Below the pieces are notes generated by a model that did not search any database, was not told the DNA's origin, and saw only the letters and a program-made list of their open reading frames with translations. 64,000 nucleotides of DNA, taken from positions 186,001 to 250,000 of IMG/VR virus record IMGVR_UViG_3300023278_002893. The stretch is one strand, 5' to 3'. The position numbers and the translations under genes were made by a program. Positions 8,455 through 19,184 of the stretch are shown one piece after another; position 1 is the stretch's first letter, and every line of letters begins with the position of its first letter.

Positions 8455-10299
8455 TTATCTCCCCTTCTTCTTCTTCGGCTTAGGTTTCAAAACTGCGGCT
8501 CCGCTTAGACGTACCTTCTTATCGTTCCCCGCCTCTGACATAACTCTTCTCTTGAAGGCATCGGGATCACGGGCTATTTCCATCTTATCCATTATAGCCT
8601 GAGGAATAACTCCTCCAAAAGCATCTTCCATCTCTAAGGATTCTTTATCGCGGCTTCGACCACGTACCACCCCTCCGTGGTGCATGATGTCCTCTGGCAT
8701 ATCCTCTGTCCAGATCAAATCATAAATACAACGAGCTGCTAGAAAAAAAGCGGTGTAAAGATCCTTCTTCTGCTTCCCGTGACCTCCACCTTTAGGAACA
8801 TCGAAATGCTGTTTTCCAGTAGGAGTCTCAGTAAGCTCGATAGATTGCATCTGGTTCTTCATATCCCTAATCGTGTGCCAAGAGTCCTCTTCAGGAATGG
8901 TACCGTCCGTTAATGCTTTCAGTTTTTCACTCTGGGGAACCGATGGGAATAGAATGTCTCGATGCTCTAGTAACCGTAAAGCGTCGTAATTAGATTCCGC
9001 AATGAACTCAGCAGAAAAATTGCACATCGTTAGCATATCACGACCTGCTTTTAACTGGTGAACCTCATCCTCGGGATCAAGTATGGGACCTGCTGTATGG
9101 TTGGTGGGATTCTCTGCAAGAATGTCTTTGATGGCGAGGCCGCCACCCTGGGAATCCATATAGATATGGGTAACATTGAATGCTGAGCAAAGGTCTTCGA
9201 TGGTTTGGGCCATCTTGGGAAAGGGTTGATTATGAATTTCTAATGCGTGAACGACTTTAGCGGGCTGTCCAATCTCTACAACCGCAATGGCAAAAGAGTC
9301 TTCACTTCTAGCAGGATCTATACCTAAACAATAAGACTTACCGGGAGATCCCGCAACCTGAGTTGAGAAAGATTTACTACTACATGCTTCCAACAGCGAC
9401 GCTCTGTAAAAAGCATCTGTGTCGGGAATAAAAGCAGCCTCGTATTCCATCCGGAACTCAAGGCTAGACATTTCTTTTCTTGCGGACTCAACGTTATCTT
9501 TATCGAGGAATCCGGTCTCTAGTAATTTATACGGAACTCTAAAAGCTGCGTACTTAGGATTACCTGCACGCATCTCATCACGGTAGATCTTGTACAGATC
9601 ATACATGTGATTAAAAGTGAAATAACCAGATGATGTAATTATAATTTGGTTGGCGCTGCTGTCAGCGTCCAGCTCCTCTTGGGTGATCAACCCACGCTTA
9701 AGAAGCTCCTTCTGCCTTTTGATCCTCTCTACATTCTCCATAGGATTGGCTACGGTAGCTGCCATAGGACGAATGACCATGTTAAAAATCTCGGGTGGAA
9801 TGTGGGGAAACTCATCACAAACAATAGTAAAGAAACGTGAACCACGAATCTTAGTACCGTCGCCTAGAGGTATCGCTTGTATTAACGACCCCGGCTTACC
9901 CGCCACTGACTTAAATCTAATATAACAATTGTCTGATTGCTGGGTAGGTTTCTTCTCACACGCAGCTCGTAGGATCGGAGACCCTTGATACAAGCGCGTG
10001 CACTCATCAAAAATAAACTTAGATTGACGAAAAGTGGGTGCAATTAATCCTATCTTGTGTCCTGGATACAACATCCCTTTCAGTACAGCAAGCACAGCTT
10101 GGAGAAATGTTTTACCTGAACCACGACACATAATGGCGATGACGTTGCTCTTAGACCACATAGAGCGCAAGACTACTTTTTGGATTTTTGAAAGCTTGAG
10201 TCCCAATAGGTCTTCTGCTGCCATCTCGGGATATTCTCTATAGAACTCAATCAGCTCTGCTGCAGCTGATCTTAATTCCGGATCATCTTCGTTTAGCAT
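8455..10299 (-). CDS. terL: Terminase large subunit
   Basis: Walker A CRGSGKT, IRGSR, Walker B IVCDE, coupling ITSSG, nuclease LGIDPA and KKDLY. Confidence 0.93.
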   Translation of the reverse strand: MLNEDDPELRSAAAELIEFYREYPEMAAEDLLGLKLSKIQKVVLRSMWSKSNVIAIMCRGSGKTFLQAVLAVLKGMLYPGHKIGLIAPTFRQSKFIFDECTRLYQGSPILRAACEKKPTQQSDNCYIRFKSVAGKPGSLIQAIPLGDGTKIRGSRFFTIVCDEFPHIPPEIFNMVIRPMAATVANPMENVERIKRQKELLKRGLITQEELDADSSANQIIITSSGYFTFNHMYDLYKIYRDEMRAGNPKYAAFRVPYKLLETGFLDKDNVESARKEMSSLEFRMEYEAAFIPDTDAFYRASLLEACSSKSFSTQVAGSPGKSYCLGIDPARSEDSFAIAVVEIGQPAKVVHALEIHNQPFPKMAQTIEDLCSAFNVTHIYMDSQGGGLAIKDILAENPTNHTAGPILDPEDEVHQLKAGRDMLTMCNFSAEFIAESNYDALRLLEHRDILFPSVPQSEKLKALTDGTIPEEDSWHTIRDMKNQMQSIELTETPTGKQHFDVPKGGGHGKQKKDLYTAFFLAARCIYDLIWTEDMPEDIMHHGGVVRGRSRDKESLEMEDAFGGVIPQAIMDKMEIARDPDAFKRRVMSEAGNDKKVRLSGAAVLKPKPKKKKGR

Positions 10300-10973
10300 T
10301 AGTACCCGTCATCTTCCAGAACTTTATTTAGTTGCGCGGCGGTGTCATCCACCTCAGAAAGTAGTGACTGAACCCTGGCTTGCTGCTCACTCTTCTGCTG
10401 ACGGTCGAACTGAACTACCAAATCAACGATGTTAACGTCTGAGTTGATTTTAGAATCTTTACGATCTACTCTCCGGCTGGACAGATTCTCTTTAGATATT
10501 TGCTTACGTTTCCAAATCTTCTCTAGCGATTGCGATACTGCAATATGTGCCTGAGGGTCATTCTTTGTAGCCTGAAGCAATCTCATTTCCATTACGTCGC
10601 TTTTGGCTATTTCGAAGATATCATCCACATCGGCTGCGGTGGGCTCCTCGTTCTTGAAATCTGTCAGATAACTTACGACTATTCCTGTGAATCTCTTCTT
10701 CTCGGCAGGAGTGAAGACACCCCTCTGTGGAACAAGTCTCTTGATTAGATCGGGACTTAATTTGCGGCCCGCCGTAATTTCCTGCGCCTGGGCCTGATCC
10801 TCACCTTCCTCACCTAGGAGTTCGGGAACTAGAGGACCATCCTTTTGATACTGCTTTAGATTACTCCGGCTGTTAGCATTATTATAATTCTTACTGCCAG
10901 GATCTTTTTCTGCCTTTTTATCTAAATCTTTTTCGTCAATTTTAGGTTTCTTTGTCATAGGTTTGTCCGGCAC
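10299..10973 (-). CDS. Probable terminase small subunit
   Basis: Helical 224 aa whose stop overlaps the TerL start; NSRSNL motif. Confidence 0.55.
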   Translation of the reverse strand: MPDKPMTKKPKIDEKDLDKKAEKDPGSKNYNNANSRSNLKQYQKDGPLVPELLGEEGEDQAQAQEITAGRKLSPDLIKRLVPQRGVFTPAEKKRFTGIVVSYLTDFKNEEPTAADVDDIFEIAKSDVMEMRLLQATKNDPQAHIAVSQSLEKIWKRKQISKENLSSRRVDRKDSKINSDVNIVDLVVQFDRQQKSEQQARVQSLLSEVDDTAAQLNKVLEDDGY

Positions 10974-11042
10974 AAACAGGTGTGAGAGGGAACTGTAGAC
11001 AGCTCGCCTCTCATCTAACTTACAATTTTTTTAATAGTTATT

Positions 11043-11540
11043 TCAACAAGGAGAGTGTCGGATTCGCTCTGTATGTCCTCTTTTCTCCAATTCCTTAATC
11101 AACTTATCCTTCTCTTCGGGAGAACGCTGAATTAATTTAGTTGTCTTTGCCTTGTAACGTAAAAGCGGAGAATTAAAATCTAAAACCTTAACATATTCTA
11201 TCACCGACTGTATACGTTTTATAACACCCTCAATGTCACTAAAGACAGCACCTGCGGAGACCCTTAGAACTAAAATACCCGCATCTTCCCACAAACGTCG
11301 ATCTCTATCCGAATCCCTACGCCTATTCACGGAAGATTTGTGCCAATTACCGTCTACCTCAACCGCTAGGTTTAGTTCTGGGGAATAAAAATCTAAAATC
11401 CAATTAAGTACAGGTTCCTGAGATCTAAACGAATAACCCTCTAAACCCCGGGATAAGATATTCCAAAGTTTAGCCTCGGGGGGAGTTAGATTTTCACGAT
11501 ATTTCGCTGCCATCTTTTCATTCCTACTAAAATATTTCAC
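11043..11540 (-). CDS. DUF559/Vsr-like PD-(D/E)XK endonuclease
   Basis: TPPEAKLW, FRSQEP, LDFY, VEVDG.WH, D..RD motifs. Confidence 0.85.
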   Translation of the reverse strand: MKYFSRNEKMAAKYRENLTPPEAKLWNILSRGLEGYSFRSQEPVLNWILDFYSPELNLAVEVDGNWHKSSVNRRRDSDRDRRLWEDAGILVLRVSAGAVFSDIEGVIKRIQSVIEYVKVLDFNSPLLRYKAKTTKLIQRSPEEKDKLIKELEKRGHTERIRHSPC

Positions 11541-11600
11541 TTATTCCCCCCTCCACGTCCTAGAGGTAAGTTAATTAAAACCATGTATTTTTCAATGTTA

Positions 11601-12089
11601 TCAATGGGATACAGCATTTTCAGCGGAGACGAATTTTTTCAAAAGGTGGACGCTGTCCAATAATTCTATTACTAGATCCTCCTGTGCGAAGATGGAGCTG
11701 CTGCTGTATTGGTATTTTATACACTCCTCGGGAACCGCTTCGATGGGTGTCGTCTCTATATATTTTCTAATATCCCGTAATTCCTTTTCGGACCTAACGT
11801 CCCGCATTGCTTGAAGTAATTTGACTTTATTCTTATCAAAAAATTCTTCAAAACCCGGATACTCCGATCTAATGGAAATAAAACGATCTAGACACTTCTG
11901 TTCCAATCCAAGAAGGCTTTCGGACAGTGCTGCGCGGTGTGCCACAGATTTGGATTTACCAGACATTGATTCACTAATTTTCTTTTTGGTACTGGGATCT
12001 TGTACCTGCCCCGTATGGGACACACTAATTTTATTTTTAGTTTCTTTAGAATGCTTGTAGCCGGGCTTACGCCCTTTAGCTCTAGTCAT
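11601..12089 (-). CDS. NUMOD3-motif DNA-binding protein (homing-endonuclease related)
   Basis: GYKHSKETKNKIS and TKKKISESMSGK repeats; start reassigned to ATG 12089. Confidence 0.65.
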   Translation of the reverse strand: MTRAKGRKPGYKHSKETKNKISVSHTGQVQDPSTKKKISESMSGKSKSVAHRAALSESLLGLEQKCLDRFISIRSEYPGFEEFFDKNKVKLLQAMRDVRSEKELRDIRKYIETTPIEAVPEECIKYQYSSSSIFAQEDLVIELLDSVHLLKKFVSAENAVSH

Positions 12090-12090
12090 T

Positions 12091-12624
12091 TTAGATATCC
12101 TGTACGACGGTATTTTGCAATTCACTCTTCCGCTCCACAAGGTCCTCCTTAAGGTCCTGATCCACCCCTTTACCCAAAAGCTGGGCACCTACTCGAACCT
12201 TGACCATTCCACCGCCGACGGATTTTACCTTCGCCTCAAAACCAGCGAAAGGCCCCTCGAGCAGAACTACAGTATCACCTTTCCTATACCTACTGGTCTT
12301 AATGTCCACAAGAAGTTTACCTTGGTTCTCTTCCATAATACGAATTTCATCCTCGGCAACGATACCGGGGTGATGGGTTGTTATCCAAGGACACTGACTC
12401 ATTTTATGAAAAACTTGATCAGGATTATCATATCTGACAAAGAGATACCCCTCATATAGGGGGCTATCCTTAACTCTAACCCCCCGCTTGGTCACGATCT
12501 CCTGCTTTATCTGGGGGTAAAAATACTTATCTATTTCGGGGACATTCTTCCGTATGTGCGCGATAACGTTCTCGTATCTGTTCCTCTTGATTGACCAGGA
12601 ATGCCATCGTTTTGCAGTATCCAT
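12091..12624 (-). CDS. nusG: NusG/RfaH-family transcription factor
   Basis: NGN motif PLYEGYLFV; KOW motif GDTVVLLEGPFAGFEAKV. Confidence 0.88.
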   Translation of the reverse strand: MDTAKRWHSWSIKRNRYENVIAHIRKNVPEIDKYFYPQIKQEIVTKRGVRVKDSPLYEGYLFVRYDNPDQVFHKMSQCPWITTHHPGIVAEDEIRIMEENQGKLLVDIKTSRYRKGDTVVLLEGPFAGFEAKVKSVGGGMVKVRVGAQLLGKGVDQDLKEDLVERKSELQNTVVQDI

Positions 12625-12686
12625 ATCTATCTCCCCGTCTCTAAAAACAATTATAATAGGTATTTACGAAATACGCAAGCCAATTA

Positions 12687-13193
12687 TTACTTTTTCTTGT
12701 TTTCTTCTGCGGATTTACGATTCTCACGCATGTTTAGTATGTCCGTCGCGGATGCTAAAAAGCCCGGAATGAAGTCCCTATCCTCCCCGCGGGCCTCAGC
12801 TTCGGGGTTAGCTACCTTAGTGGATTTACCACAGTCTTCACAATATTTCATGTAAGTATGCTCTGATCCATAACTCTCATGTCCACATTCCGCACACGCT
12901 ACTAGAACATTGGTTCTGTGAGAACGAACTACCCTCTTCTTGGGAAACGTGAAAGGTAGTCTATCCAGGATATGCTTATTCTTATCATTATGCTCATGTA
13001 TCATATTCTTGTACTTGGAAGAACCCATCTCCTGCTCAAGGGCGGATTCTCTGCGAGAGATTCCCGGATCCAGCTCTTTACCCATAAGTTCCGGATTCGA
13101 CTTAGCGATCTGCTCGCCAACCTTTTTAGAATCTCTCTTTATAGCATCTACGTTAATCGTAGTCTTGGGTTTATTACTCTTCTTCTTGGGCAC
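12687..13193 (-). CDS. Hypothetical zinc-ribbon protein
   Basis: CAECG...CEDCG. Confidence 0.55.
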   Translation of the reverse strand: MPKKKSNKPKTTINVDAIKRDSKKVGEQIAKSNPELMGKELDPGISRRESALEQEMGSSKYKNMIHEHNDKNKHILDRLPFTFPKKRVVRSHRTNVLVACAECGHESYGSEHTYMKYCEDCGKSTKVANPEAEARGEDRDFIPGFLASATDILNMRENRKSAEENKKK

Positions 13194-13203
13194 GAAATAC
13201 TCC

Positions 13204-14052
13204 TTAAGTAACGTTCACAGAAATGGTTGAAATACCTTCCGGTGTCCTAAGATACTGAGAAGGGTCTATCTCCAGCTGGGGGTTGGTAGCAGACGTGGAT
13301 CCTAGACGTCCTATCCGTCCGTCCTGGGAACTAACACCCCCTCGAAACTGACCTTCGAAATCATTGATAGCATCATCAAGAATGACTCCTTGGGCGGAGG
13401 TTTCTAAATTGAAAACTCTCGCCTCTATAGACATGGATCCCAGAGCCTGATCGCTAGGAATATTATAAAGGAAAGTAAAGACAGTAGCCTTAGTAATCCC
13501 CTGCTCGCCTCGTGGGAGATTTCGGCGATCGACCGCGGTACCGCTCACGTACAAAGTACAGGACATAATCGACTGGAGGGCGGTAGCCTCCACTCTAATA
13601 GTTATTTGACTTCCACGAGAAACTGAAACCCCAGGAGCAGGTTCTAAAATTCTAGAAGTAGGAAATAGAGCTTGGAAATCAGAAGCAACCAGTTGTTCTC
13701 TTTCTAGAATCTGCGCCGCTTCAATTGCGGCGGCGTCAATAGATCGGGGCGGCGCTTCTGGTCTTAGATCTTTAATACTACCCACCCGAATAACTCGAAC
13801 AGGATTCAGAGGGTCTTGACCTTCAATGGGTACCAGACCCTTATATGATCTGAAGATATCACCTTTCTGGTCTGGACGCTCTTGCTCATTCCAATCTATT
13901 TCTCGTCCTCGAGGATTATCTCCAAGAGGGTAAGTAGGGCGTCTCTTAGTAAATTGATTACCTTCAGCCGTACCACGCTCTACATTATCTGCTGCGAAGC
14001 TGTGACCAAGCCCACGCCCGTCAGTATCGGTTTTATCTCTTCTCTCTACCAT
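13204..14052 (-). CDS. Ig-like (Big) domain protein, probably virion-associated
   Basis: ILEPAPGVSVSRGSQITIRVEA...LYVSG...MSIEARVF pattern. Confidence 0.55.
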   Translation of the reverse strand: MVERRDKTDTDGRGLGHSFAADNVERGTAEGNQFTKRRPTYPLGDNPRGREIDWNEQERPDQKGDIFRSYKGLVPIEGQDPLNPVRVIRVGSIKDLRPEAPPRSIDAAAIEAAQILEREQLVASDFQALFPTSRILEPAPGVSVSRGSQITIRVEATALQSIMSCTLYVSGTAVDRRNLPRGEQGITKATVFTFLYNIPSDQALGSMSIEARVFNLETSAQGVILDDAINDFEGQFRGGVSSQDGRIGRLGSTSATNPQLEIDPSQYLRTPEGISTISVNVT

Positions 14053-14761
14053 TAGACAACTCCTTAAGAACTTTTATAAATTCCGCATCAGTTTTTGTAT
14101 GTTTCTTTAAATTACAATTAGGACACGTTAAAACAATATTCTTAATAAAGTTATTCCCACCCCTACTCAGGGGTATTTTATGGTCTCTATGAAATCCTTG
14201 CGAAATATCAACTCTACAATAATAACACTCACCCTGCTGCTCAGAATAAATATTTACTATCTCTTGCTGGGTATACCTACCTTTCGCGTTTTTAATAAGT
14301 GCACGTCTGTTGGCGCAGTAGGTGGCTTGATATTCTTTAGTGTGCGATAACCCGTGTGTACGAGAACGTATTCCTGTCAGTTCAGCACCGTAGCAGCCGC
14401 AGCTCACAGAACTTCCATTTCTAAGTTTAGTACCCCGCACCACTCCCATATTACCACATTCACAAACACAGCGGTATGTTAGTTCATTACCTCTACCATC
14501 CCGACGCCTATTAACTATTTGTTCCTTAACTACCCATCGACCAAACTTAGTACCAAGTTTAATTTCTTTCCTGGCGGTTTCCACAACTAAGCAACCGCAA
14601 CTTGCAACGTTTCCTACCTTGAGATGGGAACTTTTGGCAGAGTGTAAATTACCGCAGTCACAAATACATTCCCATCTAATATGCTTACCGCCCCCTCCCG
14701 AAGTCAAAATCCTACTCAGCACAACGAGTCTCCCAAATCTTTTACCTTTCAGGTCATCCAC
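14033..14761 (-). CDS. HNH homing endonuclease with two N-terminal G.RFGRL.V/C.CDCG repeats
   Basis: CYYC...HRDHKIPLSRGG.N...N....CPNCN; start reassigned to GTG 14761. Confidence 0.85.
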   Translation of the reverse strand: MDDLKGKRFGRLVVLSRILTSGGGGKHIRWECICDCGNLHSAKSSHLKVGNVASCGCLVVETARKEIKLGTKFGRWVVKEQIVNRRRDGRGNELTYRCVCECGNMGVVRGTKLRNGSSVSCGCYGAELTGIRSRTHGLSHTKEYQATYCANRRALIKNAKGRYTQQEIVNIYSEQQGECYYCRVDISQGFHRDHKIPLSRGGNNFIKNIVLTCPNCNLKKHTKTDAEFIKVLKELSNGREKR

Positions 14762-15344
14762 TAATTTCAGACCCCCTCTCATCCAATCTTTGCCATCCAA
14801 TTTCCTCCGCAAGATCGCAAACGCTGAGAAAAAACTCATCCAAAGTACCGTTGTTCTCGATGATCTTGTAGTAGTCTGTGTAGTCCTGCATCGATGTCTC
14901 ACTAGAATGATTGACGCCGACAGTAACCCCACTTCCTTCCCGGGTCACCTTGACTACAACACCACCTACTTTTTTTATTTTTTCTGCTTCGTTCGGATAA
15001 CGCACATCTGAAATAACAAACCTACTAAAACCCTGCGCTCTAAGTCGAGGGATAGTAATATTAAGAACCGTATCAATCCAAATGTCAGGATAAATCTCCC
15101 GCATCTTCTCACCCAATCCCTGCATAATCTCTCGAGGTGTAAGATTGTATCTGGGATCCACTTTCTCTTTGACGGAAACAGGACCGTAACACTGCTCGTA
15201 CGAAAGTCCAAAAAGACTACTTGCTGTACTTTTTAGAGCATCGGCAAACGCTACCCTTTTAACCCCAGGACGTTCTTCCAGGTACTCTGCCGCCGTATCT
15301 TTACCCACCTGGGCAGTAACTCCTAATCCTAAAATATCAATCAT
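14754..15344 (-). CDS. Deoxynucleoside monophosphate kinase (T4 gp1-like)
   Basis: GKDTAA P-loop, FADALK, PREIMQ.LG, ISDVRYPNE, HSSE. Confidence 0.88.
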   Translation of the reverse strand: MIDILGLGVTAQVGKDTAAEYLEERPGVKRVAFADALKSTASSLFGLSYEQCYGPVSVKEKVDPRYNLTPREIMQGLGEKMREIYPDIWIDTVLNITIPRLRAQGFSRFVISDVRYPNEAEKIKKVGGVVVKVTREGSGVTVGVNHSSETSMQDYTDYYKIIENNGTLDEFFLSVCDLAEEIGWQRLDERGSEISG

Positions 15345-15345
15345 T

Positions 15346-15711
15346 TTAAATCCTCCAACGATTTATCTTAGTCGCTTTTTCTAGTCGGCTTAAACCTTGT
15401 TTAATTCTATCTGACGATTTTTTTATATCAGCGTTACCCTTCTCTACCTTCTTAGTAATACGCTTGATCTCACCCTTCGCTTGATCTGAAGGACGAGAGT
15501 TAGGCATAATCGTAATATCTATCATAGCCTCTGGACAATCTATTCCTGATTTTCTACACTCACAATAACCCTTGAGGTAGTTCTCATAAGGACAAAAGCA
15601 GGCTACGTCTCCCTCCTCATCCAAATTTACTATAGCTCTAAAATAGGACATTACTAGAGGGTACCTGTGAGGGGATGGGTACCAGTGTATCTGAATCTCT
15701 GATGGATACAA
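15346..15711 (-). CDS. Cys-containing hypothetical protein
   Basis: ORF track; true start probably ~15652. Confidence 0.45.
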   Translation of the reverse strand: MYPSEIQIHWYPSPHRYPLVMSYFRAIVNLDEEGDVACFCPYENYLKGYCECRKSGIDCPEAMIDITIMPNSRPSDQAKGEIKRITKKVEKGNADIKKSSDRIKQGLSRLEKATKINRWRI

Positions 15712-16190
15712 TAACTAACATCCCCATGCTTTTCGTCCAACGCAACGTCTCTCTGGATAACCTTGAAATCAAATTCAGACCATTTAGGGAAAAAAGTGTC
15801 TCCCACATATCCCTGGTTATTGGGGATATTGGTAATATAAAGGCGATCTACTCTCTCCAAACACTGCTCGTACAATGACTGCCCTCCTATTATAAATACC
15901 TCATGGTTGCGCATTCCTGCAAACTGTAAAGCGCCATCTATGTTATTAAATACGGTTGCGCCTTTTACTTTGTAGTCAGGATTAGATGAAAGTATGATAT
16001 TATCTCTCTTGGGAAGGGAACATCCAATAGATTCGTAGGTCTTACGCCCCATTACAACTGCATGACCTTTGGTGGATTCTTTGAACCAAACCATATCAGA
16101 AGGTATATGCCAGGGCAGCGTACCGTCCTTACCAATAACCATACGACCTTCCTTGTCCTTGGTGTATGCTACAATCATAGACAAGATCAT
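15654..16190 (-). CDS. folA: Dihydrofolate reductase
   Basis: [33 protein letters not shown]. Confidence 0.96.
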   Translation of the reverse strand: MILSMIVAYTKDKEGRMVIGKDGTLPWHIPSDMVWFKESTKGHAVVMGRKTYESIGCSLPKRDNIILSSNPDYKVKGATVFNNIDGALQFAGMRNHEVFIIGGQSLYEQCLERVDRLYITNIPNNQGYVGDTFFPKWSEFDFKVIQRDVALDEKHGDVSYCIHQRFRYTGTHPLTGTL

Positions 16191-16984
16191 ACTGCAACCT
16201 CCGCCTTAATGGGCGGGTAATGTCTGTAGTTGAGGAGAGAGATATCCTCATATCTGAAATCATCTATATTCTTGATGTCAGGATTAAGTAAAATCCTAGG
16301 GTGCTCGTGGGGACGACGTGTTAGTTGGGTAGTAACCTGCTTCATGTGGTTGTTATAAATATGAACATCACCGAAGGTATGGATAAACTCCCCCACCGCT
16401 AAATCACAAACCTGGGCGATCATCATCGTGAGTAATGAATAACTCGCAATGTTAAACGGCACTCCCAGAAACACATCGGCGCTACGTTGGTACATTTGGC
16501 AACTCAACTTCCCATCATTGACGTAGAACTGAAATAGTAAATGGCAGGGCGGGAGCTTCATGTTTGGAACTTCACTGACGTTCCACGCATTGACGATCAG
16601 TCGTCTTGAATTTGGATTACTCTTGATCTCCGCAATGACGTCCGATAGTTGATCCACCGGCTCTGTTCCCGGACGTCCTTGCCAATTACGCCACTGAGAT
16701 CCATACACGGGACCGAGGTCTCCATTCTCATCCGCCCACTCGTCCCAAATCCTAACTCCGTTGTCGTTGAGATACTTGATGTTTGTATCACCGCTAATAA
16801 ACCAAAGGAGTTCATGGGCAATAGATTTGAAGTGGATCTTCTTAGTGGTGACTAACGGGAATCCTTTGGCTAGGTCGAACGCCATTTGGTATCCGAATCT
16901 ACTGATAGTTCCCGTGCCTGTCCTATCTCCCTTACTTGTACCACCATCTTTTACAAAGGAAAGTAGATCTAGGTATTCCTGCAT
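16187..16984 (-). CDS. thyA: Thymidylate synthase
   Basis: [34 protein letters not shown]. Confidence 0.98.
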   Translation of the reverse strand: MQEYLDLLSFVKDGGTSKGDRTGTGTISRFGYQMAFDLAKGFPLVTTKKIHFKSIAHELLWFISGDTNIKYLNDNGVRIWDEWADENGDLGPVYGSQWRNWQGRPGTEPVDQLSDVIAEIKSNPNSRRLIVNAWNVSEVPNMKLPPCHLLFQFYVNDGKLSCQMYQRSADVFLGVPFNIASYSLLTMMIAQVCDLAVGEFIHTFGDVHIYNNHMKQVTTQLTRRPHEHPRILLNPDIKNIDDFRYEDISLLNYRHYPPIKAEVAV

Positions 16985-17085
16985 TTTAAAGCTCTCCCAG
17001 TTTTGCTGTGCATTACCTTATCTATTATAAAGTACCTTACCTATCTTATACTATAACTATTAAACCTTTCGCTTTCGTCCCTGTT

Positions 17086-17114
17086 ACTATAAGATAATTA
17101 TTACCAAATGTCAA
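17086..17114 (-). promoter_or_regulatory. sigma70-type promoter upstream of thyA
   Basis: TTGACA-17-TATAGT. Confidence 0.75.
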
Positions 17115-17122
17115 GAAAAAAA

Positions 17123-17686
17123 TTAAATATTGTCTTTTTTTATTAGATTGTCTTTTGCCCAAAGAGGCTGAAGGTTAGTATAATGTACCGCCTTCAAAAA
17201 ATCACCCCTATCAGACAGGTCAAAAGATGCCAAAGGTTTAACATGGTCTATATGCCACTCACCGTGGTTATTCCATGACATCCCCGGTTGGAACTTGGAT
17301 TCTAAATGATGTCTTAGAGTTTGTAAAGAACATCCCAAATCTTTCATGGCCGAACCGTTACGTCCAAAACGTAAGGAATTGACTACTCTACTTCTTAAAA
17401 GGCAGCGTATTTTAAAATCTAAATCCTTATGGTATCTGTTCTTTTTATATTCACGGTAATATCTACGCTGTTGGTCTTTGTGAGATTGCCGATATTGTTT
17501 TCTATAAACACTCAACTTCTCCCTATTCCCAGTAGCGTATAATTTGGCGTATTCTAATCTATCTACTTTATTTTTATTGTAGTACTCCTTAAAACAAGAC
17601 TTGCATCTAGGTGTGGGTTTATCTTTTGTCTGGTAAAAATCAGAAATATTTTTGGTTTTACCGCACCCGTTACAAAACTTGGTCAT
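17123..17686 (-). CDS. HNH homing endonuclease (WHIDH...HYTNLQPLW type)
   Basis: CxxC N-terminus; NHGEWHIDHVKPLASFDL...HYTNLQPLWAKDN. Confidence 0.85.
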   Translation of the reverse strand: MTKFCNGCGKTKNISDFYQTKDKPTPRCKSCFKEYYNKNKVDRLEYAKLYATGNREKLSVYRKQYRQSHKDQQRRYYREYKKNRYHKDLDFKIRCLLRSRVVNSLRFGRNGSAMKDLGCSLQTLRHHLESKFQPGMSWNNHGEWHIDHVKPLASFDLSDRGDFLKAVHYTNLQPLWAKDNLIKKDNI

Positions 17687-17949
17687 TTAGATTTATCTTC
17701 CTTTTCTAAGAAATCAGGCATCTGTGCGACAGCCTCTTCGTAGGTAATGTCGCCGGATAAATATTTGTTATAGGGGTGTTTGAAGTTAGGAAGAGTGCCA
17801 CATCCTGGACACGCCTGGGTTCCTCTACTGCCAAATTGATGCTTACCGGTTCCCGAAGCTTTCCAAAGAAATCTCTTACGACATCGCTTGTCTTGTTTAT
17901 GTGGCCTCTTCTTAACTCCGAAACATTGAACAATTCTATAGTCTGACAT
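17683..17949 (-). CDS. Small zinc-binding hypothetical protein
   Basis: C...C...CPGCG; RBS AGGAG. Confidence 0.5.
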   Translation of the reverse strand: MSDYRIVQCFGVKKRPHKQDKRCRKRFLWKASGTGKHQFGSRGTQACPGCGTLPNFKHPYNKYLSGDITYEEAVAQMPDFLEKEDKSK

Positions 17950-18174
17950 AAATCACTCCTACTTAAGATCCCTTAACGGGTCCTAGATTACCAGGGCCCG
18001 GACGCGCCGGACCTCTGCGATGAATCGCACCTGAGTTGACATTCTCAGGGGTGTGTCCTGTGGTTTCCATGTATTCGTTTTCATAAGCCGCGACGACGCC
18101 TATAGCCTCCACATGATTTCTTCCACCCTCCAGATCTCGGGTTTCTGCTCTGGGTCGAATGAAGAATCCTCCCA

Positions 18175-18582
18175 TTAGTTTTCCTCCTCGGGGTCTATTA
18201 CCGGAATATCTGGTATTTGTAGATCGAACCCCCAATAAACTGTTTGGATTATAATTTCAGTTGCTTTTTTGGCAATGAAAATACTATCCACCTTCTCTCG
18301 CAACTCAGGAGAGGAGGTGTTTTCTAGTAAAGCGGCCACACGTTCCATGTGATCCACCTTGTTTAGGTAAGCTCCCAGAGGCTCACCTCTCACGGACAAA
18401 TGCTGCATAGTCCAATCAAGGGCATCTTGCAGGTCAAGCATCCTGGAGGACGCCTGCTCGATTTGTTCCATAATATGCGTCGTAGGTCGCCCCTGATCCA
18501 GATCGTTCGTTAGACGTGATTCTAGGACGTTTAGTTGGTTATCTAGAGAGTCTCTCTCCAGTACAGCTTCTCCGATTTTCAA
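18175..18582 (-). CDS. DIP1984-like coiled-coil protein
   Basis: N-terminus MKIGEAVLERDSL...LESRL. Confidence 0.45.
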   Translation of the reverse strand: MKIGEAVLERDSLDNQLNVLESRLTNDLDQGRPTTHIMEQIEQASSRMLDLQDALDWTMQHLSVRGEPLGAYLNKVDHMERVAALLENTSSPELREKVDSIFIAKKATEIIIQTVYWGFDLQIPDIPVIDPEEEN

Positions 18583-18592
18583 AACGGTTTTC

Positions 18593-18832
18593 CTAGTCTG
18601 TCTTTTCTTGGAAGTTTAGTTCTGGAGTAGCGTCTGGGTAATAGAATCTTTTATTCTCGACTAGGATTAGACCCTCGACCACAATCATAGCCGCCTCTGG
18701 ATCTGGGCAAGAACAAACCCATTCTTTGTGTCCGCCTGTGTCCTCTACTTTATAAACCACGCTGGGGCCATTAGAAACCTCTACCACATAATTTCCTGTT
18801 TTTAAAGTCTGTACCTCTTCCTGTTCACCCAT
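18593..18832 (-). CDS. Hypothetical protein
   Basis: ORF track, coupled to neighbours. Confidence 0.5.
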   Translation of the reverse strand: MGEQEEVQTLKTGNYVVEVSNGPSVVYKVEDTGGHKEWVCSCPDPEAAMIVVEGLILVENKRFYYPDATPELNFQEKTD

Positions 18833-19184
18833 TTGGCTTCTCCTTAATATTTACTTCTGTTATACCGTCCCACACCTTACCACCTAGATCAGGCTTGAAC
18901 CCATCCAACTCAACGCCAATTTCGCCCGCGGTGTGGAGTCCTTTTGGCGTAATAGTACTTTCGTCTAGTTTGTGACCGTCGGGTAGTTGGTACTCTTCCT
19001 TCTCGGATTGTTTAATGACGCCGTGATGCTTCCCACACTGAAAATGATTCACATCACTCATACCTGCATCGGGATCTACAAACATGGCCCGGTCGCCCTC
19101 AAAGCCTAGATTGCAAGGGGTACCGTCCTTATCTTCCCAATCACAAACGATTACCCAAATACCGCCTTCCCTCTTCTTAGACAT
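18825..19184 (-). CDS. Hypothetical protein (Cys/His)
   Basis: ORF track, coupled to neighbours. Confidence 0.5.
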   Translation of the reverse strand: MSKKREGGIWVIVCDWEDKDGTPCNLGFEGDRAMFVDPDAGMSDVNHFQCGKHHGVIKQSEKEEYQLPDGHKLDESTITPKGLHTAGEIGVELDGFKPDLGGKVWDGITEVNIKEKPNG

